From contig OZ360246.1 in the NCBI GenBank assembly GCA_977017645.1, positions 20,460,001 through 20,524,000 on the forward strand: a DNA stretch of 64,000 bases, written 5' to 3'. The DNA comes from Torpedo marmorata. Its lineage: Eukaryota. Below are positions 36,501 to 51,500 of this stretch, piece by piece (position 1 is the first letter of the stretch; each line of letters opens with the position of its first letter). The position numbers and the translations under genes were made by a program. Below the pieces are notes generated by a model that did no database searches, had not been told where the DNA came from, and saw nothing but the letters and a program-made list of their open reading frames with translations.

Positions 36501-39500
36501 AACACAAATTTCCTCAGACAGTTTGTCCCCATCACGAATCCATGTTACAGCAACAACATTACATTCCCAAAATGAAAGCTCAGCAGGAACCTACTCTGAA
36601 TTAACACAAGTTACATCTACCAGCCGATCTTCATCAATATCCCATCAAACGACAGAACTAACATCAATCACCGTCTCCTCCAGTGAAACACATCACACAC
36701 CTAAGCAGGAACCCATTACATCTGCACATACAAACAAAACACAAGCTTCAACAGGAACGCAATTCACTTCAGAAACTATGGTAACATCACCAATCACAGA
36801 GGCAACTGAGATCCCTACTGCAAAACAACCAAGTTCAACAGGGCCATCGTCCACAACAGAATCTTCATCACAAACGCTGAAAAATATACAAGCATCATCA
36901 ACTGCAATGTCATCAGTAGAAACACAGACAACAATAGAGGAGTCAGCAAGAACAGAATATTCACCACAAACCTCTGCAAGCCAAACACAGGTTCCCTCAG
37001 AAAGTGTGTCACCTTCTCACTCCCATTTAACCTCAAGACAATTATCATTGACGACACCTTCCACAACACAGTCACTTTCTTCATTCGGGAAAGAAACCTC
37101 AACAGCTGAATCCTCATCAGAAACACGGCCAACAACAGAAACGTTCACAATCACAAGGTCCACTCGTAAAAGCAGAACGAAAAACCCTGAATCGTCACCC
37201 ACAAATTATTCAACGCAAATCCATTCAAACGCAACGCAAGTTTCATCAGTAACGGTGTCGAAACCAGAAACTCTCTCAGAAACAGCAGCAACTTCATCAC
37301 TAATGACGGAATCCTCAAGGGAAACATTCTCCACGTCAACAGAACGTTCACCAAAAATTGAATCGTCATCAGAAAGCCGTATAACAACAGAAGTATCTTC
37401 CATTGCAGCGACCTCATCACAAACACATCCAACAACAAGAGTGGAATCATCATTACCCGAGCTTTCAACAACAGCACGTGAACAAACAACAAAAGTCACC
37501 TCAGAAAGTGTTTCTGCATCTCAAACTCACTTCACAACATCCTCATCATCCTTTTCACCGCAGTCCTCAACAGAGACCCATCCAACCTCGACACAAGTAT
37601 CATCCACAACCAAACCTTCCTCAGAAACCTATCTGACAACACTGGAATCAACAAGCTCAACACAAGCTTCATCTGTAACTGTGTCTCCCACTGAATCACC
37701 CCACACATCCTCATCATCTTCATTGCTAACTGAATCCACATCGGAAGTCAATTCAGCACCTACAGAAGCAACTGTGATAACTGAATCTTCTTCAGAATCC
37801 AACTCGATAACAGAGATATCTTTGAACACAACACCTTCTTCAGAAGAACATAGCACATCTCATGAATCAACAATAACCGAGCGGTCAACAGAAACCCAAC
37901 CAAGCACAACACAAATTTCCTCAGACAGTTTGTCCCCATCACGAATCCATGTTACAGCAACAACATTACATTCCCAAAATGAAAGCTCAGCAGGAACCTA
38001 CTCTGAATTAACACAAGTTACATCTACCAGCCGATCTTCATCAATATCCCATCAAACGACAGAACTAACATCAATCACCGTCTCCTCCAGTGAAACACAT
38101 CACACACCTAAGCAGGAACCCATTACATCTGCACATACAAACAAAACACAAGCTTCAACAGGAACGCAATTCACTTCAGAAACTATGGTAACATCACCAA
38201 TCACAGAGGCAACTGAGATCCCTACTGCAAAACAACCAAGTTCAACAGGGCCATCGTCCACAACAGAATCTTCATCACAAACGCTGAAAAATATACAAGC
38301 ATCATCAACTGCAATGTCATCAGTAGAAACACAGACAACAATAGAGGAGTCAGCAAGAACAGAATATTCACCACAAACCTCTGCAAGCCAAACACAGGTT
38401 CCCTCAGAAAGTGTGTCACCTTCTCACTCCCATTTAACCTCAAGACAATTATCATTGACGACACCTTCCACAACACAGTCACTTTCTTCATTCGGGAAAG
38501 AAACCTCAACAGCTGAATCCTCATCAGAAACACGGCCAACAACAGAAACGTTCACAATCACAAGGTCCACTCGTAAAAGCAGAACGAATAACCCTGAATC
38601 GTCACCCACAAATTATTCAACGCAAATCCATTCAAACGCAACACAAGTTTCATCAGTAACGGTATCCAAACCAGAAACTCTCTCAGAAAAAGCAGCAACT
38701 TCATCACTAATGACGGAATCCTCAAGGGAAACATTCTCCACGTCAACTGAACGTTCACCAAAAATTGAATCGTCATCAGAAAGCCGTATAACAACAGAAG
38801 TATCTTCAATTGCTGCGACCTCATCACAAACACATTCAACAACAAGAGTGGAATCATCATTACCCGAGCTTTCATCAACAGCACGAGAACAAACAACAAA
38901 AGTCACCTCAGAAAGTGTTTCTGCATCTCAAACTCACTTCACAACATCCTCATCATCCTTTTCACCGCAGTCCTCAACAGAGACCCATCCAACCTCTACA
39001 CAAGTATCATCCACAACCAAACCTTCCTCCGAAACCCATCTGACAACACTGGAATCAACAAGCACAGAACATTCAACACAGCTCCATGAAAGCTCAACCC
39101 AAGCTTCATCTGTAACTGTGTCTCCCACTGAATCACCCCACACATCCTCATCATCTTCATTGCTAACTGAATCCACATCAGAAGTCAATTCAGCACCTAC
39201 AGAAGCAACTGTGATGACAGAATCTACTTCAGAATCCATCTCAATAACAGAGATATCTTTGAACACAACACCTTCTTCAGAAGAACATACCACATCTCAT
39301 GAATCAACAATAACTGAGCAGTCAACAGAAACCCAACCAAGCTCAACACAGATTTCCTCAGAAACTTTGTCCCCATCACGAATCCATGTTACAGCAACAA
39401 CATTACATTCCCAAACTGAAAGCTCAGCAGAATCCTATACTGAATCAACAGAAGTCACATCTACCAGCCGATCTTCATCAGTATCCCATCCAACGACAGA

Positions 39501-42500
39501 ACTAGCATCAATCACCGTCTCCTCCAGTGAAACACATCACACAACTAAGCAGGAACACATCACATCTGCACATACAAACAAAAGACAACCTTCAACAGGA
39601 ACTCAATTCACTTCAGAAACTATGGTAACATCACCAATCACAGAGGCAACAGAGATCCCTTCAGCAAAATACACAAGCACTACAGGGCCATCATCCACAA
39701 CGGAATTCTCATCACAAACACTGCAAAATAGACAAGCCTCATCAAGTACAACGTCATCAGTAGAAACAGAGACAACAATAGAGGAGTCAGCAAGAACAGA
39801 ATATTCACCACAAACCTCTGCAAGCCAAACACAAGTTACCTCAGAAAGTGTGTCTCCTTCTCACTCCCATTTAACCTCAAGACAATTATCATTGACGACA
39901 CCTTCCTCAACACAGTCACTTTCTTCATTTAGGAAAGAAACCTCAACAGCTGAATCCTCATCAGAAACACGGCCAACAACAGAATCATTCACAATCACAA
40001 GGTCAACTCGTGAAAGCAGAACGAAAAACCCGGAGTCGTCACCCACAGATTATTCAACGCAAATCCATTCAAACACAACTCAAGTTTCATCAGCAACGGT
40101 GTCCAAACCAGAAACTCTCTCAGAAACAGCAGCAACTTCATCACTAATGACGGAATCCTCAAGGGAAACATTCTCCACGTCAACAGAACGTTCACCAAAA
40201 ATTGAATCGTCATCAGAAAGCCGTATAACAACAGAAGTATCTTCCATTGCAGCGACCTCATCACAAACATATCCAACAACAAGAGTGGAATCATCATTAC
40301 CCGAGCTTTCAACAACACCAGGTGAACAAACAACAAAAGTCACCTCAGAAAGTGTTTCTGCATCTCAAACTCACTTCACAACAATCTCATCATCCTTTTC
40401 ACTGCAGTCCTCATCAGAGACCCATCCAACCTCTACACAAGTATCATCCACAACCAAACCTTTCTCAGAAACCCATCTGACAACACTGGAATCAACAAGC
40501 ACAGAACATTCAACACAGCTCCATGAAAGCTCAACCCAAGCTTCATCTGTAACTGTGTCTCCCACTGAATCACCCCACACATCCTCATCATCTTCATTGC
40601 TCACTGAATCCACATCAGAAGTCTATTCAGCACCTGCAGAAGCAACTGTGATGACAGAATCTACTTCAGAATCCATCTCAATAACAGAGGTATCTTTGAA
40701 CACAAGACCTTCTTCAGAAGAACATACCACATCTCATGAATCAACAATAACTGAGCAGTCAACAGAAACCCAACCAAGCACAACACAGATTTCCCCAGAA
40801 ACATTGTCCCCATCACGAATCCATGTTACAGCAACAACATTACATTCCCAAACTGAAAGCTCAGCAGGAGCCTATTCTGAATCAACAGAAGTCACATCTA
40901 CCAGCCGATCTTCATCAGTATCCCATTCAACGACAGAACTAACATCAATCACCGTCTCCTCCAGTGAAACACATCACACAACTAAGCAGGAACACATCAC
41001 ATCTGCACATACAAACAAAAGACAACCTTCAACAGGAACTCAATTCACTTCAGAAACTATGGTAACATCACCAATCACAGAGGCAACTGAGATCCCTTCT
41101 GCAAAACACCCAAGTTCAACAAGGCCATCGTCCACAACAGAATCTTCATCACAAACGCTGAAAAATATACAAGCATCATCAAGTACAATGTCATCAGTAG
41201 AAACACAGACAACAATAGAGGAGTCAGCAAGAACAGAATATTCACCACAAACCTCTGCAAGCCAAACACAAGTTCCCTCAGAAAGTGTGTCTCCTTCTCA
41301 CTCCCATTTAACCTCAAGACAATTATCATTGACGACACCTTCCTCAACACAGTCACTTTCTTCATTCGGGAAAGAAACCTCAACAGCTGAATCCTCATCA
41401 GAAACACGGCCAACAACAGAATCATTCACAATCACAAGGTCCACTCGTAAAAGCAGAACGAAAAACCCTGAATTGTCACCCACAAATAATTCAACGCAAA
41501 TCCATTCAAACGCAACACAGGTTTCATCAGTAACGGTGTCCAAACCAGAAACTCTCTCAGAAAAAGCAGCAACTTCATCACTAATGACGGAATCCTCAAG
41601 GGAAACATTCTCCACGTCAACAGAACGTTCACCAAAAATTGAATCGTCATCAGAAAGCCGTATAACAACAGAAGTATCTTCCATTGCAGCGACCTCATCA
41701 CAAACACATCCAACAACAAGAGTGGAATCATCATTACCCGAGCTTTCAACAACAGCACGTGAACAAACAACAAAAGTCACCTCAGAAAGTGTTTCTGCAT
41801 CTCAAACTCACTTCACAACATCCTCATCATCCTTTTCACCGCAGTCCTCATCAGCGACCCATCCAACCTCTACACAAGTATCATCCACAACCAAACCTTC
41901 CTCAGAAACCTATCTGACAACACTGGAATCAACAAGCTCAACACAAGCTTCATCTGTAACTGTGTCTCCCACTGAATCACCCCACACATACTCATCATCT
42001 TCATTGCTAACTGAATTCACATCAGAAGTCAATTCAGCACCTACAGAAGCAACTGTGATAACTGAATGTTCTTCAGAATCCATCTCGATAACAGAGATAT
42101 CTTCGAACACAACACCTTCTTCAGAAGAACATACCACATCTCATGAATCAACAATAACTGAGCAGTCAACAGAAACCCAACCAAGCACAACACAAATTTC
42201 CTCAGAAACTTTGTCCCCATCACGAATCCATGTTACAGCAACAACATTACATTCCCAAACGGAAAGCTCAGCAGAATCCTATACTGAATCAAAAGAAGTC
42301 ACATCTACCATCCGATCTTCATCAGTATCCCATCCAACGACAGAACTAACATCAATCACCGTCTCCTCCAGTGAAACACATCACACAACTAAGCAGGAAC
42401 CCATCACATCTGCACATACAAACAAAAGACAACCTTCAACAGGAACTCAATTCACTTCAGAAACTATGGTAACATCACCAATCACAGAGGCAACTGAGAT

Positions 42501-45500
42501 CCCTTCAGCAAAATACCCAAGCACTAAAGGGCCATCATCCACAACGGAATTCTCATCACAAACACTGCAAAATAGACAAGCCTCATCAAGTACAACGTCA
42601 TCAGTAGAAACACAGACAACAATAGAGGAGTCAGCAAGAACAGAATATTCACCACAAACCTCTGCAAGCCAAACACAAGTTCCCTCAGAAAGTGTGTCTC
42701 CTTCTCACTCCCATTTAACCTCAAGACAATTATCATTGACGACACCTTCCTCAACACAGTCACTTTCTTCATTTGGGAAGGAAACCTCAACAGCTGAATC
42801 CTCATCAGAAACACGGCCAACAACAGAATCATTCACAATCACAAGGTCCACTCGTGAAAGCAGAACGAAAAACCCGGAGTCGTCACCCACAGATTATTCA
42901 ACGCAAATCCATTCAAACACAACTCAAGTTTCATCAGCAACGGTGTCCAAACCAGAAACTCACTCAGAAACAGCAGCAACTTCATCACTAGTGACGGAAT
43001 CCTCAAGGGAAACATTCTCCACGTCAACAGAACGTTCACCAAAAATTGAATCGTCATCAGAAAGCCGTATAACAACAGAAGTATCTTCCATTGCAGCGAC
43101 CTCATCACAAACACATCCAACAACAAGAGTGGAATCATCATTACCCGAGCTTTCAACAACAGCACGTGAACAAACAACAAAAGTCACCTCAGAAAGTGTT
43201 TCTGCATCTCAAACTCACTTCACAACATCCTCATCATCCTTTTCACCGCAGTCCTCATCAGAGACCCATCCAACCTCTACACAAGTATCATCCACAACCA
43301 AACCTTCCTCAGAAACCCATCTGACAACACTGGAATCAACAAGCACAGAACATTCAACACAACTCCATGAAAGCTCAACCCAAGCTTCATCTGTAACTGT
43401 GTCTCCCACTGAATCACCCCACACATCCTCATCATCTTCATTGCTCACTGAATCCACATCGGAAGTCAATTCAGCACCTACAGAAGCAACTGTGATAACT
43501 GAATCTTCTTCAGAATCCAACTCGATAACAGAGATATCTTTGAACACAACACTTTCTTCAGAAGAACATAGCACATCTCATGAATCAACAATAACCGAGC
43601 GGTCAACAGAAACCCAACCAAGCACAACACAAATTTCCTCAGAAAGTTTGTCCCCATCACGAATCCATGTTACAGCAACAACATTACATTCCCAAAATGA
43701 AAGCTCAGCAGGAACCTACTCTGAATTAACACAAGTTACATCTACCAGCCGATCTTCATCAGTATCCCATCCAACGACAGAACTAACATCAATCTCCGTC
43801 TCCTCCAGTGAAACACATCACACACCTAAGCAGGAACCCATTACATCTGCACATACAAACAAAACACAAGCTTCAACAGGAACGCAATTCACTTCAGAAA
43901 CTATGGTAACATCACCAATCACAGAGGCAACTGAGATCCCTTCTGCAAAACACCCAAGTTCAACAAGGCCATCGTCCACAACAGAATCTTCATCACAAAC
44001 GCTGAAAAATATACAAGCATCACCAAGTACAACGTCATCAGTAGAAACACAGACAACAATAGAGGAGTCAGCAAGAACAGAATATTCACCACAAACCTCT
44101 GCAAGCCAAACACAGGTTACCTCAGAAAGTGTGTCTCCTTCTCACTCCCATTTAACCTCAAGACAATTATCATTGACGACACCTTCCTCAACACAGTCAC
44201 TTTCTTCATTTAGGAAAGAAACCTCAACAGCTGAATCCTCATCAGAAACACGGCCAACAACAGAATCATTCACAATCACAAGGTCAACTCGTGAAAGCAG
44301 AACGAAAAACCCGGAGTCGTCACCCACAGATTATTCAACGCAAATCCATTCAAACACAACTCAAGTTTCATCAGCAACGGTGTCCAAACCAGAAACTCTC
44401 TCAGAAACAGCAGCAACTTCATCACTAATGACGGAATCCTCAAGGGAAACATTCTCCACGTCAACAAAACGTTCACCAAAAATTGAATCGTCATCAGAAA
44501 GCCGTATAACAACAGAAGTATCTTCCATTGCAGCGACCTCATCACAAACACATCCAACAACAAGAGTGCAATCATCATTACCCGAGCTTTCAACAACAGC
44601 ACGTGAACAAACAACAAAAGTCACCTCAGAAAGTGTTTCTGCATCTCAAACTCACTTCACAACATCCTCATCATCCTTTTCACCGCAGTCCTCATCAGAG
44701 ACCCATCCAACCTCTACACAAGTATCATCCACAACCAAACCTTCCTCAGAAACCTATCTGACAACACTGGAATCAACAAGCACAGAACATTCAACACAGC
44801 TCCATGAAAGCTCAACACAAGCTTCATCTGTAACTGTGTCTCCCACTGAATCACCCCACACATCCTCATCATCTTCATTGCTAACTGAATTCGCATCAGA
44901 AGTCAATTCAGCACCGACAGAAGCAACTGTGATAACTGAATCTTCTTCAGAATCCAACTCGATAACAGAGATATCTTTGAACACAACACCTTCTTCAGAA
45001 GAACATACCACATCTCATGAATCAACAATAACTGAGCAGTCAACAGAAACCCAACCAAGCACAACACAAATTTCCTCAGAAACTTTGTCCCCATCACGAA
45101 TCCATGTTACAGCAACAACATTACATTCCCAAACGGAAAGCTCAGCAGAATCCTATACTGAATCAACAGAAGTCACATCTACCAGCCGATCTTTATCAGT
45201 ATCCCATCCAACGACAGAACTAACATCAATCACCGTCTCCTCCAGTGAAACACATCACACAACTAAGCAGGAACCCATCACATCTGCACATACAAACAAA
45301 AGACAACCTTCAACAGGAACTCAATTCACTTCAGAATCTATGGTAACATCACCAATCACAGAGGCAACTGAGATCCCTTCAGCAAAATACCCAAGCACTA
45401 AAGGGCCATCATCCACAACGGAATTCTCATCACAAACACTGCAAAAGAGACAAGCCTCATCAAGTACAACGTCATCAGTAGAAACACAGACAACAATAGA

Positions 45501-48500
45501 GGAGTCAGCAAGAACAGAATATTCACCACAAACCTCTGCAAGCCAAACACAGGTTACCTCAGAAAGTGTGTCTCCTTCTCATTCCCATTTAACCTCAAGA
45601 CAATTATCATTGACGACACCTTCCTCAACACAGTCACTTTCTTCATTCGGGAAAGAAACCTCAACAGCTGAATCCTCATCAGAAACACGGCCAACAACAG
45701 AAACTTTCACAATCACAAGGTCCACTCGTAAAAGCAGAACGAAAAACCCTGAATCGTCACCCACAAATTATTCAACGCAAATCCATTCAAACGCAACACA
45801 AGTTTCATCAGTAACGGTGTCGAAACCAGAAACTCTCTCAGAAATAGCAGCGACTTCATCACTAATGACGGAATCCTCAAAGGAAACATTCTCCACGTCA
45901 ACAGAACGTTCACCAAAAATTGAATCGTCATCAGAAAGCCGTATAACAACAGAAGTATCTTCCTTTGCAGCGACCTCATCGCCAACACATCCAACAACAA
46001 GAGTGGAATCATCATTACCCGAGCTTTCAACAACAGCACGAGAACAAACAACAAAAGTCACCTCAGAAAGTGTTTCTGCATCTCAAACTCACTTCACAAC
46101 ATCCTCATCATCCTTTTCACCGCAGTCCTCATCAGAGACCCATCCAACCTCTACACAAGTATCATCCACAACCAAACCTTCCTCCGAAACCCATCTGACA
46201 ACACTGGAATCAACAAGCACAGAACATTCAACACAGCTCCATGAAAGCTCAACCCAAGCTTCATCTGTAACTGTGTCTCCCACTGAATCACCCCACACAT
46301 CCTCATCATCTTCATTGCTAACTGAATCCACATCAGAAGTCAATTCAGCACCTACAGAAGCAACTGTGATGACAGAATCTACTTCAGAATCCATCTCAAT
46401 AACAGAGGTATCTTTGAACACAAGACCTTTTTCAGAAGAACATACCACATCTCATGAATCAACAATAACTGAGCAGTCAACAGAAACCCAACCAAGCACA
46501 ACACAGATTTCCTCAGAAACTTTGTCCCCATCACGAATCCATATAACAGCAACAACATTACATTCCCAAACTGAAAGCTCAGCAGGAGCCTATACTGAAT
46601 CAACAGAAGTCACATCTACCAGCCGATCTTCATCAGTATCCCATCCAACGACAGAACTAACATCAATCACCGTCTCCTCCAGTGAAACACATCACACAAC
46701 GAAGCAGGAACACATCACATCTGCACATACAAACAAAAGACAACCTTCAACAGGAACTCAATTCACTTCAGAAACTATGGTAACATCACCAATCACAGAG
46801 GCAACTGAGATCCCTTCAGCAAAATACCCAAGTTCAACAGGGCCATCGTCCACAACAGAATCTTCATCACAAACGCTGAAAAATATACAAGCATCATCAA
46901 GTACAACGTCATCAGTAGAAACACAGACAACAATAGAGGAGTCAGCAAGAACAGAATATTCACCACAAACCTCTGCAAGCCAAACACAAGTTCCCTCAGA
47001 AAGTGTGTCTCCTTCTCACTCCCATTTAACCTCAAGACAATTATCATTAACGACACCTTCCTCAACACAGTCATTTTCTTCATTCGGGAAAGAAACCTCA
47101 ACAGCTGAATCCTCATCAGAAACACGGCCAACAACAGAAACTTTCACAATCACAAGGTCCACTCGTAAAAGCAGAACGAAAAACCCAGAATTGTCACCCA
47201 CAAATTATTCAACGCAAATCCATTCAAACGCAACACAAGTTTCATCAGTAACGGTGTCCAAACCAGAAACTCACTCTGAAACAGCAGCAACTTCATCACT
47301 AATGACGGAATCCTCAAGGGAAACATTCTCCACGTCAACAGAACGTTCACCAAAAATTGAATCGTCATCAGAAAGCCGTATAACAACAGAAGTATCTTCC
47401 ATTGCAGCGACCTCATCACAAACACATCCAACAACAAGAGTGGAATCATCATTACCCGAGCTTTCAACAACAGCACATGAACAAACAACAAAAGTCACCT
47501 CAGAAAGTGTTTCTGCATCTCAAACTCACTTCACAACATCCTCATCATCCTTTTCACCGCAGTCCTCATCAGAGACCCATCCAACCTCTTCACAAGTATC
47601 ATCCACAACCAAACCTTCCTCAGAAACCCATCTGACAACACTGGAATCAACAAGCACAGAACATTCAACACAGCTCCATGAAAGCTCAACACAAGCTTCA
47701 TCTGTAACTGTGTCTCCCACTGAATCACCCCACACATCCTCATCATCTTCATTGCTAACTGAATTCGCATCAGAAGTCAATTCAGCACCTACAGAAGCAA
47801 CTGTGATAACTGAATCTTCTTCAGAATCCATCTCGATAACAGAGATATCTTTGAACACAACACCTTCTTCAGAAGAACATACCACATCTCATGAATCAAC
47901 AATAACTGAGCAGTCAACAGAAACCCAACCAAGCACAACACAAATTTCCTCAGAAACTTTGTCCCCATCACGAATCCATGTTACAGCAACAACATTACAT
48001 TCCCAAACGGAAAGCTCAGCAGAATCCTATACTGAATCAACAGAAGTCACATCTACCAGCCGATCTTCATCAGTATCCCATCCAACGACAGAACTAACAT
48101 CAATCACCGTCTCCTCCAGTGAAACACATCACACACCTAAGCAGGAACCCATTACATCTGCACATACAAACAAAACACAAGCTTCAACAGGAACGCAATT
48201 CACTTCAGAAACTATGGTAACATCAGCAATCACAGAGGCAACTGAGATCCCTTCTGCAAAACACCCAAGTTCAACAAGGCCATCGTCCACAACAGAATCT
48301 TCATCACAAACGCTGAAAAATATACAAGCATCACCAAGTACAACGTCATCAGTAGAAACACAGACAACAATAGAGGAGTCAGCAAGAACAGAATATTCAC
48401 CACAAACCTCTGCAAGCCAAACACAAGTTCCCTCAGAAAGTGTGTCTCCTTCTCACTCCCATTTAACCTCAAGACAATTATCATTGACGACACCTTCCTC

Positions 48501-51500
48501 AACACAGTCACTTTCTTCATTCGGGAAAGAAACCTCAACAGCTGAATCCTCATACGAAACACGGCCAACAACAGAAACGTTCACAATTCCAAGCTCCACT
48601 CGTAAAAGCAGAACGAAAAACCCTGAATTGTCACCCACAAATTATTCAACGCAAATCCATTCAAACGCAACACAAGTTTCATCAGTAACGGTGTCCAAAC
48701 CAGAAACTCTCTCAGAAACAGCAGCAACTTCATCACTAATGACGGAATCCTCAAGGGAAACATTCTCCACGTCAACAGAACGTTCACCAAAAATTGAATC
48801 GTCATCAGAAAGCCGTATAACAACAGAAGTATCTTCCATTGCAGCGACCTCATCACAAACACATCCAACAACAAGAGTGGAATCATCATTACCCGAGCTT
48901 TCAACAACAGCACGTGAACAAACAACAAAAGTCACCTCAGAAAGTGTTTCTGCATCTCAAACTCACTTCACAACATCCTCATCATCCTTTTCACCGCAGT
49001 CCTCATCAGAGACGCATCCAACCTCTACACAAGTATCATCCACAACCAAACCTTCCTCAGAAACCCATCTGACAACACTGGAATCAACAAGCACAGAACA
49101 TTCAACACAGCTCCATGAAAGCTCAACACAAGCTTCATCTGTAACTGTGTCTCCCACTGAATCACCCCACACATCCTCATCATCTTCATTGCTAACTGAA
49201 TTCGCATCAGAAGTCAATTCAGCACCTACAGAAGCAACTGTGATAACTGAATCTTCTTCAGAATCCAACTCGATAACAGAGATATCTTTGAACACAACAC
49301 CTTCTTCAGAAGAACATACCACATCTCATGAATCAACAATAACTGAGCAGTCAACAGAAACCCAACCAAGCACAACACAAATTTCCTCAGAAACTTTGTC
49401 CACATCACGAATCCATGTTACAGCAACAACATTACATTCCCAAACGGAAAGCTCAGCAGAATCCTATACTGAATCAACAGAAGTCACATCTACCAGCCGA
49501 TCTTCATCAGTATCCCATCCAACGACAGAACTAACATCAATCACCGTCTCCTCCAGTGAAACACATCACACAACTAAGCAGGAACCCATCACATCTGCAC
49601 ATACAAACAAAAGACAACCTTCAACAGGAACTCAATTCACTTCAGAAACTATGGTAACATCACCAATCACAGAGGCAACTGAGATCCCTTCAGCAAAATA
49701 CCCAAGCACTAAAGGGCCATCATCCACAACGGAATTCTCATCACAAACACTGCAAAAGAGACAAGCCTCATCAAGTACAACGTCATCAGTAGAAACACAG
49801 ACAACAATAGAGGAGTCAGCAAGAACAGAATATTCACCACAAACCTCTGCAAGCCAAACACAGGTTACCTCAGAAAGTGTGTCTCCTTCTCACTCCCATT
49901 TAACCTCAAGACAATTATCATTGACGACACCTTCCTCAACACAGTCACTTTCTTCATTCGGGAAAGAAACCTCAACAGCTGAATCCTCATCAGAAACACG
50001 GCCAACAACAGAAACTTTCACAATCACAAGGTCCACTCGTAAAAGCAGAACGAAAAACCCTGAATCGTCACCCACAAATTATTCAACGCAAATCCATTCA
50101 AACGCAACACAAGTTTCATCAGTAACGGTGTTGAAACCAGAAACTCTCTCAGAAACAGCAGCAACTTCATCACTAATGACGGAATCCTCAAAGGAAACAT
50201 TCTCCACGTCAACAGAACGTTCACCAAAAATTGAATCGTCATCAGAAAGCCGTATAACAACAGAAGTATCTTCCTTTGCAGCGACCTCATCACAAACACA
50301 TCCAACAACAAGAGTGGAATCATCATTACCCGAGCTTTCAACAACAGCACGAGAACAAACAACAAAAGTCACCTCAGAAAGTGTTTCTGCATCTCAAACT
50401 CACTTCACAACATCCTCATCATCCTTTTCACCGCAGTCCTCATCAGAGACCCATCCAACCTCTACACAAGTATCATCCACAACCAAACCTTCCTCAGAAA
50501 CCCATCTGACAACACTGGAATCAACAAGCACAGAACATTCAACACAGCTCCATGAAAGCTCAACCCAAGCTTCATCTGTAACTGTGTCTCCCACTGAATC
50601 ACCCCACACATCCTCATCATCTTCATTGCTAACTGAATCCACATCAGAAGTCAATTCAGCACCTACAGAAGCAACTGTGATGACAGAATCTACTTCAGAA
50701 TCCATCTCAATAACAGAGGTATCTTTGAACACAAGACCTTTTTCAGAAGAACATACCACATCTCATGAATCAACAATAACTGAGCAGTCAACAGAAACCC
50801 AACCAAGCACAACACAGATTTCCTCAGAAACTTTGTCCCCATCACGAATCCATATAACAGCAACAACGTTACATTCCCAAACTGAAAGCTCAGCAGGAGC
50901 CTATTCTGAATCAACAGAAGTCACATCTACCAGCCGATCTTCATCAGTATCCCATCCAACGACAGAACTAACATCAATCACCGTCTCCTCCAGTGAAACA
51001 CATCACACAACGAAGCAGGAACACATCACATCTGCACATACAAACAAAAGACAACCTTCAACAGGAACTCAATTCACTTCAGAAACTATGGTAACATCAC
51101 CAATCACAGAGGCAACTGAGATCCCTTCAGCAAAATACCCAAGTTCAACAGGGCCATCGTCCACTACAGAATCTTCATCACAAACGCTGAAAAATATACA
51201 AGCATCATCAAGTACAACGTCATCAGTAGAAACACAGACAACAATAGAGGAGTCAGCAAGAACAGAATATTCACCACAAACCTCTGCAAGCCAAACACAA
51301 GTTCCCTCAGAAAGTGTGTCTCCTTCTCACTCCCATTTAACCTCAAGACAATTATCATTGACGACACCTTCCTCAACACAGTCATTTTCTTCATTCGGGA
51401 AAGAAACCTCAACAGCTGAATCCTCATCAGAAACACGGCCAACAACAGAAACTTTCACAATCACAAGGTCCACTCGTAAAAGCAGAACGAAAAACCCTGA

